DNA of 64,000 nt from positions 851,378 to 915,377 of the forward strand of contig JAAOMT010000258.1 in assembly GCA_016748015.1 (NCBI GenBank), written 5' to 3'. Positions 28,761-42,608 of this stretch are shown here, piece by piece. A model generated the notes under the pieces. The model worked only from the letters and a program-made list of their open reading frames with translations, was not told the DNA's origin and did no database searches. Made by a program: the position numbers and the translations under genes. The DNA is from Geosiphon pyriformis uo1 (lineage: Eukaryota; Fungi; Glomeromycota). Numbering within the stretch: the stretch's first letter is position 1; each line of letters starts with the position of its first letter.

Positions 28761-31700
28761 TTATAATGAAATATTATTATGATTAAAAAAGTTTATTAAT
28801 TAGCATAAAAAAATAGCAGCTATATTTATTAAGTTAATATAAAATTAAAAATTTCAAGAATTTTCTAAAATTTAAGCCAATGATACAAACAAAAAAATAA
28901 ATCTGAACCAATTAAAAATTTGGTAGTTTTATAACAAAAAAATATTCAAAAACCAAATATTATAAATCTATTACTAAAAAAAAGTAAAATTACATATATA
29001 TATTTATAATAAATACATTTAATCAAGACATAATAGCACAATTTGTCAAAATATTAGGTATTTATGTATTTTTTATACATTTTTTTATTTAATTATTCAA
29101 CTTTACTATTTTACATATTCAGATAACAGATAAAAATTACATAATATACATTATTATTTTTTTGTCCAATCAAAATTATTATATATCACGTTTTTTAATA
29201 ACCAATTAAATAAAATTCTGCAATTTTTGGTCACTATTTTTCCAAAAGTAACAAGAGAATTTGAAGATAAAAGAATAGTTTATATTGTTTATAAAAGATA
29301 ATACACTAATATAATTCTATGTCTTATATTAGTGTTTTTAAAATTCAATATTAAATATCAGTTGTACTTTTTAGTAAATATTTATTTAATATACTTCACA
29401 AAAACTAATAATTATACAAATCAAGAAAAAAAAATAAAAAATAGTGAAAAAAAAATAAAAAATTGATATTATTATATTGATCTGAATGTAAATTTGAATG
29501 TAAATGCCTTTTTATTGCTTTGAAAAAGTTTTATTTATATACTCTTAAAAAAGATTAATAATCAAATTATTAATTAAGTCAATAATTAGATTAATAACTT
29601 TTTCTAAAAATAGGATGGCTATTAATAACATTAGTGGCTAATACATATAACTATTATGGCTAAGTAAATAAATAAAAGCTAAAAAGTAAAAGTTTCAATT
29701 GTAACAATATAAATTTTTTTTAAAAATATGAAAAATTAGTCAAAAAAATAAATACACAAATAATAATATTTAATAATTAGCTATTATTTAATTAATGTAC
29801 ATGTACTAAAATAAATTATTGTTTTAATATTGTTGCAAAAACAAATACAAACTATTGAATACAAAAAAGAAAATATATAAATTAGTGATAAAAATTTATG
29901 TACTAAATAATAAAATGAGTAGTTTAAATTTAAACAACAAATCGTATTTATTAAAAAATATTTTATTATAAAATATCATAAATAAAAAAACACAATTATT
30001 TAATTATAATTGCTTTAATGAAACAACGAAATTATCGACAAAATGTAAATATAAAATATAAAAAAGTTTAATGAAACTTATAGCAAACTTAAAAAACCAG
30101 GAAAATCTTTTGGTCATAAAAATTAATAAAGTTTTTTAAATTTAAAAGTAACTGTTATAATATGAAAGTTTTATTTTAATAAAATTAAATAAAAAAAATA
30201 ACAAGTAGTATTATTCAAATTAAAAATTTTTAGTAGTAACAAAAAAATTATATATATAACTTTGAGTGTTTTGACTATTATATAAATAAAAATATATGTT
30301 AATAATGTGAATAAAAATAATTAGCTAAAAAAGTTATTAATTAATAAAAATAACAATTAAAAAAATAGTTAATTAAAGAAAAAAATTGATTAATTAACAG
30401 AATAATAAACTAAAAAAGTAATCAATTAAAAAAATTTAAAGAACATATTTTTTATATAATCTTAAAATAATTAGTAACAATATTAATTAGTAACAATGTT
30501 AATAAAAAATAAATAGTTTTTTATTTTATAACATATAATATATTATTTTTTGGTAAGCATCAACATTAGATTTTTGTAAAAACCATATAACAAAAGAGTT
30601 TTGAAGGTAACTATCAACAATTTAAAACTTGTAAGCAGTATTATATTAATTGGCTGTTATTGTTCTTTTAATGTTATTTAATCATTTAATAGAATTGTGT
30701 ATTTTCTTTAAATAAAAGTAGTAAAGTATTGTTTTTTTTACTTTAAAGTAGTTTGTATATTTTATAACAATATCAGACAAAAACAAATTTAAAGCTTCTT
30801 TATGAAATAAATTTTTTTGTAACCATTATTTACAAAAACAATATTAAAGTATAAATATTTAAATAAATTTATAACATATATACACAATTATATTTAATAA
30901 AAAATATAGTTGTGTAATTACTATTAAAAATATTAAAATTTAATTGCTTAGATATTTTTGTATTTTTCAATTTGATAAAAGTTTTTTTTACAATACTAGC
31001 AACTTAAAAAAAATACTACTTAATTAAATATTAATTATAAAATATTAAACCTGTTTGCGCTTTATTTTTATTGTATTTGAAAATAAAACACATGAATAAT
31101 TTATTATTGTTTTATATTTTAAAAACTTTAATAAAAATTAGCTTTAATAAATTGCAATTCATAAGATATTTAATTATTTTATGGTTGTAATTCAAATTAT
31201 ATAAAAAGGATTAATTCTATTTAATAATACTTAATTTTTATATTTGCAATTTTATTTTTATGTTTTAGGAATTTTACAAATTTTATTTAATACAAAATAA
31301 TATGCTCTTAAAAAAACATAAAAGCTTAGAAAAAAGATAAATAATTGTTATAATAAGTGTTACTTGAATGCTAGTTTTACACACATGTAATCAAACATGT
31401 TTTAACAACATATTAAGTTATAAAAGTACATAGCAGACAAAAATTTTGTTACAAAAAAAGCAAAAAAACTCTTTTCATTATTTTTTCAAATTAGACTTTA
31501 CACCATTTCAAATCAAACCTAGTTTAAACAATTAAAAAAACAAAATCAATTGGCAAAACTTGAAGTAATTAAAAAATAATTTTAGTTTTAATTCTTTCCA
31601 TTTAATTTGTAGTGCTATAAAAAATTTATTGACTTTATGTTATTTAAAAAAACATAATTGTTTAAATAGAATTAATACAAAGCAAAATTGAATTTACTTA

Positions 31701-32871
31701 TAAAAGAGTATGTTTTAAAAATTTATGATAGTTTTTTTATTTACAATTGTTAACAGTTTTTGGTTTATGTCATTATTTTTTTTTCAGAATGTAAATTTAA
31801 AGATCTCTGTAAACAGCCTCGTTATTTTAACAAAAAAATTTTCATTTAATAGACATTTCAAAATGAATCAGATTTATCAGTTTGTTGATAAATCGTGGAT
31901 TTTACATTTGTTTTAATCCTCATTTTTTTGACTTGTATGAAATCAGCTGTAAAATTTTTACATGAAATTCACATAATCTTTTTTTTTTAAAGCTTAAAAA
32001 ATTTGATCAACAAATTCTGGCAATCAAAAAGTTAAAATCGAAGTAATCAGGCAAAAATAAATCCATAGCCAGAATAAATTACAAAAGTAAGCCATGAATT
32101 TTTAACTAGTTATTGTTATTAATAACTTTTGGTCTTGTTTTAATCTTTTTTTAACTTTAAAATAATTTTATATGTATTTGTTGAAAAAGGTTAACAACTA
32201 GATTAATGACTGAATTGACAGTCAGTTTAAATTAGATCAATTAAAATAGAATAAAAATATAAGAATTATTTTTATTAAAAAAAGCGGTAATCAAACAAAA
32301 AATTTAATTTATTAAAAAATGATAAAAGTATTAATCCCATTTTATAAATTTCGAATGACAAGGACGTTTTTATGATCATATTTTATTTGTCAGAGATCAA
32401 TTTAAAAAGTTTCTAAAGATCCTGTTAATTTTAGCGATAATATCCATGAAGCTTTTGAGAATGAAAATAGTTACTAACTTAGTTTTTCGCAATAGTGCTT
32501 GCTTCATTGCCAATGGAGTATGGGAACCATCAGAGATAGAGAGAGTATGATGAGCATTCAGGAAAAAGTCCTTATTGAATGACAAAGAACAATTATTAGC
32601 CAATTTTATTCATCTAAAGTCGCTTCCCTTGAAGAATATAAATCATATCGATGACTGAAGCTTGGCTATTTTTTTTTGAATAATCCTCTATATTTACCAC
32701 AATAATTGATAATTATCGAAAAGAGGAAATTTGAAAATTACAATGGTCGTTAAAAAAGTTGTTTACGATATGATATTTATTATCAATTGAAGAAGATTGA
32801 GTTATAAATTCAAAATCAACCGCTTTTTAATAGGCAAGACGTTAAAAATTCCGTCTAGTTTTAATTTAATA

Positions 32872-32944
32872 CGAGGGACACGGGACTCGAACCCGCAATC
32901 TCCTGATCCGAAGTCAGATGCCTTATCCATTAGGCCAATCCCCC
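32872..32944 (-). tRNA. tRNA-Arg (anticodon TCG), 73 nt, no intron
   Basis: Minus strand GGGGGATTGGCCTAATGGATAAGGCATCTGACTTCGGATCAGGAGATTGCGGGTTCGAGTCCCGTGTCCCTCG folds as a cloverleaf; anticodon loop CTTCGGA; T-loop GTTCGAG. Confidence 0.95.
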
Positions 32945-35900
32945 TGATTCCTGTAAAGAAGAAAATTTTTAGCTAAATAATCAAACAAAATATAAAATAT
33001 GCAATTATATAAATAAAAATTATAAAAAGCCGTGTATCACTCTCAAATATCTAAGCTTTCACTTTAATCAAGGATAGTCTCGGACATGTGATCTGCCGTG
33101 CGCTTAGACCATTTGTGTGCCTAATATAATCCATACAATAATTTCAATTCAATATTATTGTTTTATGCCAATTACAATTGAGGTTTTAAAGGTTTCTGTG
33201 GTATTTCGCATAATAGAAAATAGCTGAAACAATTCACAAATCAACCTATATCGAGGGGTGATTGACCGAAGAAGTATAAAAAGGAAATTTAAAATAATGA
33301 AACCGTTAGTTGCAATACCATAAATGTGTCATAACAGAGCAATGAAACTTTTCAAGAGGTAACTAATATGCTTTAAATCATTTAATTTCTTTGTTGCTTT
33401 TATAGGTTGAATTATTTTTTCATCTGTTTCTTTTATTAATAGATATTCCACCAATAAATTTTTTTTTCATCTAAAAATCCAGAAACTCTTGAATATGAAT
33501 TTGTGACAAAGTTTCCCATATACGGAGTTATGCGTCTCAGCTTTTAATTCAATATCTTGGTCTCTGAAATCGAGATAGCATGGACTATCATCTTTGGAAT
33601 TATTAGAATTATAAATTGGTATATTTTATCCCGGGGAAATTTCTCATGGCGAAACACTATTCAGACATTGGATTATCACAACTCGCAAGATAAGAAACAA
33701 CAAAAAAAGGCTAATCCTGTACATTGAACCAGAAGTTTTGAAAGCCGAAATACACTCGAAAATTTGTGCAGTTCATGAATTCCATAAAATGTTGGGATAA
33801 AATCCATCGAGTCGGTTTACTATTTTTGAACTTTCGGATGTGTTTGCATGTAAAAGAAATTTCAAAAGCAAAAAAAAACACCAAATTATTTACTCACCCA
33901 AAGACAATCAATTTAAGCCGTTTTTTAACGTTACAATCGATCGATTTTTTCAGGTTTTATTAATCCTTTAATTCAAATTTGACGTTTCGTAATGAATGTC
34001 TTGATTTATATTTTTTTAAAATTTTATTTTATTTTGGGTAGTATGCAATTGATATACTTTGTATTTGAGGAACAATCAATGAGCAAAATAAATTATATTG
34101 CATTTGATAATATATTTATTATTCTAAAAGTTTGATTAGATGGATTGTTTATATATTTAATATAGTATATATTATTAAAATTTACCAAAGCTTAAATTCT
34201 TTGAGACTAAATTCACAAATTTTATTTTAATCCAAGAAACAATTGAAAAAACAAGTAAATGCTCAAAACAAATTAAAATTAGTTTCAATTCTTTTAGGCT
34301 TTTGAACAAGGAAAATTTTTTTGCATTTTCTATTGTTCAGAAATATAATGGGATTTCTTTAATGATCAAAAACTTAAAATCAAAAATTGATATTATGCAA
34401 ATCAAACTAAAAAACAGTTTGAGTATCAAAAAGATGTTTAATTGAAGATAAAGATTTTTGACCATTTTTTTAAAGAGTTACATTAGCTTTAAAAAGTAAA
34501 AAGTAACCCTTTATGAAATTTTATACATGTGCTGACATCTTTATCAAGTTCATATCACAACTGCTAATATCTGATTGGTACGCAAAGTAGAATCATGGTA
34601 GCGATGACGACAATCGGCGATGAATTCAATTCGGAAATTACTGCATAAAAGGCTTTTCGATTCCTTTAGTTTGATATAATCAATTATGGCACAACAAAAG
34701 TATTCATTTGATGAATGCCAATTATGCATTCATTCGATTTGACCAAGGTAGCATACCAATTCAATTTACGAAACCTCAGAAATTTCTATCAGAATGAAAC
34801 CTTGCAAATTAAAAACTACTCTATTTTTTTGAAAAGTTGTTGTTATATAATAATTTAAAATTACCAAATGCAGATTAATTTATTTTCGTAGCACTACAGA
34901 TAAACTTTTCATTTTTTTTAAAATTTTTCTGTCGGTTCACAATCTAATAGGTTTATATTCATTTAAGTTTTGTTATTTTTATCAAATCTCTTTTTCTTTG
35001 TAGCATAATACGGTGGTCTTATTTTGTTATCCAAAGATAAAATTTTCAATTTCAAATTTTTTAAAAATTAATTTTTTTAATCGTTTTATTTGTATTTCAC
35101 TTCAATTTATTCTAAGTTACTTACCAATTTTTACAAAAATTTAATTTTATTGCCCTTGACTACGATATCTAAACTATCAAACTGTCAACTCATCTAAATT
35201 AATGAGCCCCAAACTAAAACATGTCACAAATAGTAAACCTAATATGAAAGTATAGGCTTTAATAAGTTTAAAATTTCCACAAATTTTGCGTGCAACATTT
35301 TAAACTGGTACAAGAATAGATTAAGAAAAAGAAAACCAAACCAAAAGGAAGAAGAATGAGTTAATCAATGTATTGGATGTGTCTGTAACCACTATTACCA
35401 AAAACGTGGATTTAATTTAATTATGTGCACTATCAATTATGCACGCCTTTAGTGACGTTGTTGGTGAAGGATCACAAATCATATTAAAACCTAATCACAA
35501 ATTATAGAAGTTTCCTAATTGGGTCTTATGTCCAATATTATGAGCTGAATGCGCAACTATAAAAACCCAGTTCGGCCCTCTCGAAGCTCTTTAATATTAA
35601 TTAAAGGCTCTTTTTTTAAAAAAAGCCGTGACAGAAACGCCATTTCCGGCATCTTTTTCCTTCATTAGAGGTAGTAGTTAGTTTTATCACCTCCTCCTCC
35701 ATTCATTCATCCAATCATTCATTCATTTCCTCTTCTCCTCCTTGTCCCGACTACTTCTTTCTTTTAAAAGTTTATTATTTCTCATCTTTGCCCTTGAAAT
35801 AATCTCTTCCTAAACAACTACTACAATTTCATAATTTTTTTTCTTTATAACTGTTAGAATTTAAACTTTCTTAGAATTGCAAACAACTTTCATTTCTAAT

Positions 35901-35979
35901 TCTTTTTTATTCGTTCACATTTAATTTTACATTTTTACTGACCTCCCTCCTCATTGCTCAATCTTTCAATACCAAAAAA

Positions 35980-37062
35980 ATGATGTCCTCAAAATTTTCC
36001 ATACTTCCAAAACTAAAAACTGCCGCAGCGATCGCTGGTGTAGTTGCTGCAATATATATTTCTACATCACCAACAATTGATGCTGCTCCAATGGTAAAAC
36101 GTGGGCAGTTTTCGGGTGATGGGACCTATTATAATACTGGGTTAGGCGCTTGTGGTCTTGTTAGTCAGGATAGTGACTATATTGCTGCTTTGGTGAGTAG
36201 TTTTTAACCCTTCAAATTTTTATAAAAAGGTTATAACTTTAAAAATTGGGTTTTTATAAAGGTTGAACTTTCAAATAGAATTTATTATTTTATCTTAGAT
36301 ACCAATTTTTAATTCTTTCAATCTTTAAATCATGAAATCGTAAAATTAATCTTTAATTATTTTCTATTTCAATTTACCTATAGAATCATCCTCAATGGGG
36401 TAACCCACCAAACCCAAACCAAAATCCTATTTGTGGAAAATTGGCTACCGTCACCGGGCCTAAAGGAACTGTTACTGTCAAAGTCTTGGATCTTGTTAGT
36501 AGTTTTTTAATTTAACCTATTGATGTTGAAAATTTTCGAAATTTCATTATTAAATGATTCCTATTTGCAAATATTTTCTTAGTGCCCTGAATGCTTATGG
36601 GGTAGTCTCGATTTATCTCCTGCAGCATTCAATCAGATCGCTGATCAATCGCAAGGTCGTGTTCATATCACTTGGGATTGGGCCGATGGAGGTGGTGGCG
36701 CCCCACCACCAAAGAAAGAAGATCCACCACCACCACCACCACCAAAGAAAGATCCACCACCACCACCACCATCACCTACAACTACCACTTCTACGCCAAC
36801 ACCAACACCGACACCAACCACGACATCAGAATCTAAATCACTTAGCACCGTGCCAACTACGACAACCCCAAAAAAGGATCTACCCGAAAAACCCCCAACC
36901 CCAACACCTACTATAGTCAATTCTGTCTCGTGGGCTTTATTGCACGGAAAAGTTCCATTTTTGAATCCAGACGCAATATTGCCTCATGGTGTAAATCCCT
37001 TAATAGATATTGATGAATTATCGATTTCAAATTTCCCAACCCCAACCCCATCGGGCTCGTAA
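35980..37062 (+). CDS. Secreted RlpA-like double-psi beta-barrel (expansin/loosenin-like) protein with Pro/Thr-rich tail; join(35980..36192,36384..36494,36583..37062), 267 aa
   Basis: Signal peptide, KR site, FSGDGTYYNTGLGACG..YIAAL / NPNQNPICGK..GPKGTVTVKVLD / CPECLWGSLDLSPAAFNQIA..GRVHITW; phase-0 GT-AG introns. Confidence 0.92.
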
Positions 37063-40008
37063 ATTGAAGACAGGATGTTTTGCTCGTGATCGATTTGACA
37101 ACGAGTCAGAAATTATACGATAAAAATTTTCAACTTTTTAAAATGAAAATTTTGATCACTATGATTTCTCGTTCATTAATCCTGAATCGATTATCATAGT
37201 CAAAATCTTTCAAATCATCATTCGAAGCCAGCCGATATCCTTTCGTAGTAGCTAACTACATCTCAATCCGATTTTCATAAGCTACTATCGAATTTCCGAA
37301 ATATGTATATTCTAGCTGTAATTTATTTTTATCAATTTCTTCATTCAATTTCATTCAAACAGATTTTTCAAGTTAGTGGTAAATCCATGTTGTTTGACCA
37401 ACCTGCATGTAATAAATTTTGTGTAGGATTTCCTTGTATCCACCGGTGGATCAATGAGATCCTATCAAAATAATAACAAAGTGTGAGTGGGTGTAACGAT
37501 TACTATTATGAAATTAGAAAGTTGAAAAATATCAAATTGCATTTATTTACATGCTATTCTTTCCGCATGGTGAGTACATTTGTTCTCTCCTGGACGCATT
37601 AGGCTGTAGATCTTATATGTAATTCGATTTCTTTTAATATATAATATAAATATACATCAATAACTCTTTTAACTTTGTGAATTTTTGAACTAATTGAATT
37701 TCATGGAATATTAAATTGGTTTTATGATTGCCGATGTTAAATAAATATCATATTAAGCCAAAATACCAATCATTTGTAAGTTTGGACAGGAAAGTATTGA
37801 CAAATTTAATATTTTATCATTTAGATTGCTGTTCAACGTTAATAATAGATAAAATTCAAGACCTTAATGTGGATGTAAAAGTAGGGTTTAGGAAAAGTTT
37901 TAGATTAATTTTTGATAGACTTTGCAACGTTCAGCCTTTCGACATTATTTATATAAAATTTTGAATTAATGAATGCTCTGTTGGGTAAAAATTACGTTTC
38001 TTAGAGTTAAGACCTGTTTCAATAAAAAAAATGAAAACACATTAAAATTTATTTATTTCAAAGAATTGTGTATAGTAATATTAATTAAAAATTCATAACT
38101 CTTTTACTCGTAAAAACAATTACCAAATTTGCTTTTCTTGTTAGAAAAAAATGATATCCATGAAATGAACAAACTTATTTATAATGCTTTTTACAAAGTT
38201 CTCTTTATCATGACCATTTTGTAAAGAACTGGATCAAAAATATTTATTGAATATTCAATATAATAATTATTTACCAAAAAATTTCATTAAAACTAATGAA
38301 AGATTAAAAAGAAAAAAGATATTTATTGAATTCTTTTTAAAATGAATATATTTAATGTTTTGTCTTGATTCAAAAAAAATTGACTTCTTTGAACAATTTA
38401 ATTAGTTATATATAAATAACAAAGAATAATATTCACAAATGCAAAAAAGTTGTATATGTTTGATAATAGTGAACCATTTTCACTTTAATGCAACAAGTTT
38501 TTTAAACTTCACATAAAATTTATAAAATATTTTTGATTTAATGTTTCATTAAAAAATATTACTAATAAATCACAAAACAATTTTTGTATTTTAAAAGACT
38601 TTTCTCTATTAATATTGAACCTTTTTATTAAAAGTATCGCGCAAACAAAGTATTTTTTATAAAAAGTTTCATGCAAATTATTATTTTGCAAAAGTTTAAA
38701 ACAAATTCCAGAGTAAATAAACAAAAATAATTTGTTTTTTGCCCTTTAAAAAAAGTTCTTGTTTATAAACCTTGCTTGAAAATTATTTTGTCAAAATTCT
38801 TATTTAAATGTGAGTCTTTTAAAGCTTTTAATTAGAATATAAATTGGTTAAATATTTTATCCAAAAAAGTGTAAACCGAATCCTTTTTATTAAACATAAT
38901 TATATAATAATGTCAAGCACTTGAATTTTTTTTACGATTTTCTAGTTAATAGTCTTATGGTTTTTTGAAATTTATATTTTTAATTAAGCATATTTCAATT
39001 CTCAAATTCATTTAATCTTAATGTTCTGGTCTTTTTAGATGGGCATAATCTTATTAATTAAATACATATTCAAGTAAAACAGTTCTAAACTTCTTTGTTT
39101 TTTTTTCATTTAATGATTTGGCAGGTTACACGTTAATTCGAAAATTTGTAAACAAGCTTGTCAATCAAGACACCAAACTTTTAGTTTTCCAAAAGTCTAT
39201 CCTGGTCTCGTATATTTAATCAGAAATTTATTATTTCTATAGTTCCGATTCGAAAAGTAAGATATTATGAAGGCTTGAATTAATCATATTTAAACTGTCC
39301 TTTTACCCTCTTTTTCACGTCTTTGCCTTTTCAACAGAAACAAAAAAACCTATTCAAGTTGGCACATGTAATTTTATATCATTCTTTACAACAAATGCCC
39401 TCTGAGATTTAATGATCAATTATTCCCTTAATAATCATTCAAAGAGGAAACTTCCACGCTTTTGGATTGGAAACAGTGCTGCATATAATTATGGCGGTTA
39501 GCCAGTTAATTTTCAATAAATGATGTACATATTTGCTGTTAATGTCATATTGCTATTACTCTTAATACAAAGTAACGTGAATGCATGCATCAAATAAAAC
39601 GTGCTGTCGAAGTACGCGTTGAATATGCCGATTGCCGAACTTTGAAAACATTTAAAAGAAATAAGATCTAAAACTTCTTTTAATTATCTTCTGATGTCAG
39701 GTCTCTTTTAACCTCTTGGATATTTTATTACCACGTTTTCTTTATAATTTAATCTCTTTCACTCCTTTAAAAGAGAACAGACAGACTAGTAGATAGTGCA
39801 AGCTGGATTTTGTTCAGATTTAGCGTAGAGAATTTTGACATTTAAAAAAGAAATTGAATAATCTCTCTGCAAAAAAAGCCCTATAAAATTTTTTTGATAT
39901 CTGTTTCTGCAGCCTCACTAAAGTGCTTAGATATTGGAAGAATAATAATCCCAGTTCTAAAAACTTATTAGGCAATTGAGCATCAACCTTAAATTTAAAG
40001 AACTAAAC

Positions 40009-41047
40009 ATGTTTCGAAAACTTAATCAATTTCCTTCGGCAATCATTACTTTCGTAATGTTCGCTGTTGCAATTTTCATAAAATCAAGCAATGGTGCACC
40101 AACTATCATAAAACGTGATCAATTCTCAGGTGATGGAACCTACTATAATCCTGGTTTAGGAGCTTGTGGTGAAACAAATTCAGAGGGTGATTTAATTGTT
40201 GCGATTGTAGGTTTTTGATACATTTTGAAATGCAAGTTAATACTAAAAATGAAGAAGCCAGATTAAATTATTTTTCATATTTAACAGAATAAACCACAAT
40301 GGGGTAACCCATCAAATCCTAATAACAATCCAATTTGTGGGAAACAAGTTCAAGTTTCTGGTCCAAAAGGAAGCGTTATAGCTACAATTAAGGATGAGGT
40401 AAATTTCAACCTTTGATTTTTCATTTTTTAAACAATTTTTTAAAGATTTTATGTCATTTTAGTGTCCTGAATGTGCATATGGTAGTCTAGACTTTTCCCC
40501 GGCCGCATTTGACAAAATTGCTGATAGATCAGCCGGTCGTGTCCATATTACATGGGATTTTTATGGTGGTGGCAGTGGTGGTAGTGACTCAGCGGCACAT
40601 TCATCTGATTCGACCCCTGCAACCCAAACTACGACAACTGCAACCCAAACCACGACAACTGTTACCCCATCTAGTTCAGCCTCTACAACTCACACCACGA
40701 CAACTGTTACCCCATCTAGTTCACCCTCTACAACTCACACCACGACAACTGTTATCCCATCTAGTTCACCCTCTGCAACTCAAACCACGACAACTATTAC
40801 CCAATCATCTAGTTTAGTCCTCAAAACTCCAACCGCAACAGTTACTATCAATTCATCTAATTCACATCCTGCATTACCAAACCTAGTACCACAAAAGAAA
40901 CCACCACAAAAAAAACCACCACAAAAGAAACCAACACAAAAGAAATCACCACAAAAGAAATTACCACCAAAGAAACCACCACCAAAGAAATTAACCCCAA
41001 AGAATTCAAGTTCAAAGAAGTCAACTCCAAAGAAATCAAATAAATAG
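40009..41047 (+). CDS. Paralogous secreted DPBB/expansin-like protein with Ser/Thr repeats and Lys/Pro pentapeptide tail; join(40009..40206,40288..40398,40463..41047), 297 aa
   Basis: Same intron positions and same 111-nt exon 2 as the upstream paralogue; GDGTYYNPGLGACG, NPICGK, CPECAYGSLDFSPAAF; 45-bp repeats then 15-bp (PQKKP-like) repeats. Confidence 0.92.
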
Positions 41048-42608
41048 TACTTTTAATATTTTCAAGTGAAAAAAGTTTTCTATCTTGTATTTTTTTTAGA
41101 TAAAAACTTCACAAGATTGAATATACATGTACTAGAAAGATTATCCAAATTAGTTTATTCCCTTTGCCGAATAATTGTATTATTCATTTGCATAAAAAAT
41201 AAAATTTGAGATCCTGACTTAAAGTTATTCGTTTTATAATTCATATTTGTTTATATTATGAATGCAAATACATAATAAAAAACTTTTCAAAAAGAAAGTA
41301 GCAAAAGTTTATGCACAGTAAAAAATTTGATTCTGTAAAATTATTTAATTAATTTGAATGCATATATATTTTTAATGAAACATATATTTATTGTATAAAA
41401 ATAAATTCTTCTATATTTTATTTAATTTTATTTATATTAATCATGTATTAACTACCAATATTACATATTTAGCCATTTTGTGTTTAGAATTAATCAATAA
41501 TTTGATTGTTAATCTAATTATTTTATTGACTACACATATCAGACTTTTTAAAGCCGTAAAAAATTTAACAAAGTTTATAAAAATAAATATTTGAAAAGTG
41601 GAACCAATTTTTCAATACATATGCAATTTATATTTTCTTAATCATTAAAAGTTAATTAATGACAAAAAACTTTTTAGTTAATATATTTTTATACAAAAAA
41701 TTGTACTTGAAAGCTTGACATTCATTTCTTAAACCTATTAATTTAATTAATATTTATTTTGCTAAATTAAAATTTTTATTTTAAAAAGTAAAATTTAAAA
41801 AAATCCATAGTTTTTGTTTTTAAATTAAGACAAAGCATTTCCAATAAATGCTATCAATAAAGTTTGGTTTATTTCATTTTAAATAATTAGTATAAAAAGG
41901 ATGTATTTTCTAGTTAAATTGACCAAGAATAAAATTATTGGCTTGGCTTTTTTGGAAATTGTCCAATCTTTGTTTTTTATTTCCTATATACATGAGTCTC
42001 AATTTATTTTTTTAACTCTGTTGAATCAATGTGTCCTTGGAGTGAAACTTTTTAGATAAAACACAAGTGACATCGGAATATGATTGGGTTTTTATTATAG
42101 CTAAGGCTTTTTCATATTTTTTATAAATATTTTTATTTTTGTTAGTAATTTTATCGGAATCCTAATTTTTTAAAATTTTGAAGCTTGAAATATTTTAGAA
42201 GGTTGAAAGAAACGTTTTTTTAAATTGATCTAAAATTCAGATTTGAAAAACTCCAAACTTTAAAATTGTAAAATAAATAAGTTGTAATAATAATATAGGA
42301 TATCACAAACTAGACTAAAGATGAAGCCCAAAAAAGTCATCATTATTACATAAACAAACAGACAAACAAACAAACAAACAAATAAGAAGTACTGATTAGT
42401 TATTTAGGTATGAAACTTTCAAAAATATTTTAAGCTTTATAATTCCACTAAAATTATTTTCAAAGTCACTGCACATTTTTTGTTTTACCCTCATTTAAAT
42501 CAAATACTAGTAGACCGATATACCATTTTTATATACAAAGAAATTTCTTTGCTCTCGTTCTTTTCGGTGTTATAGGTATCGTGTGTTTGAAAATTAATTT
42601 TTAGAAAT

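Larger units (their letters stand above)
17450..32300. other. ~15-kb AT desert of nested, hypermutated transposon relics
   Basis: A sampled 60-nt line (24661-24720) has 4 G/C; no real ORFs; ghost TE motifs inside. Confidence 0.7.

Noticed and set aside
25002-31916. I/N/K/F-rich ORFs (25002, 27437, 31725) resembling mitochondrial or NUMT genes
   Set aside because: Composition follows from extreme AT content; no mitochondrial protein or rRNA motifs
32397-32603. 68-aa ORF and nearby slightly GC-richer sequence
   Set aside because: No motif in any frame, stops on the + strand; unassignable
36554-36920. Poly-His ORF (+) and Gly/Val ORF (-)
   Set aside because: Alternative frames of the Pro-rich exon 3 of the DPBB gene
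40509-41039. Repetitive ORFs 40509..40817 and 40857..41039
   Set aside because: Off-frame or antisense readings of exon 3 of the second DPBB gene
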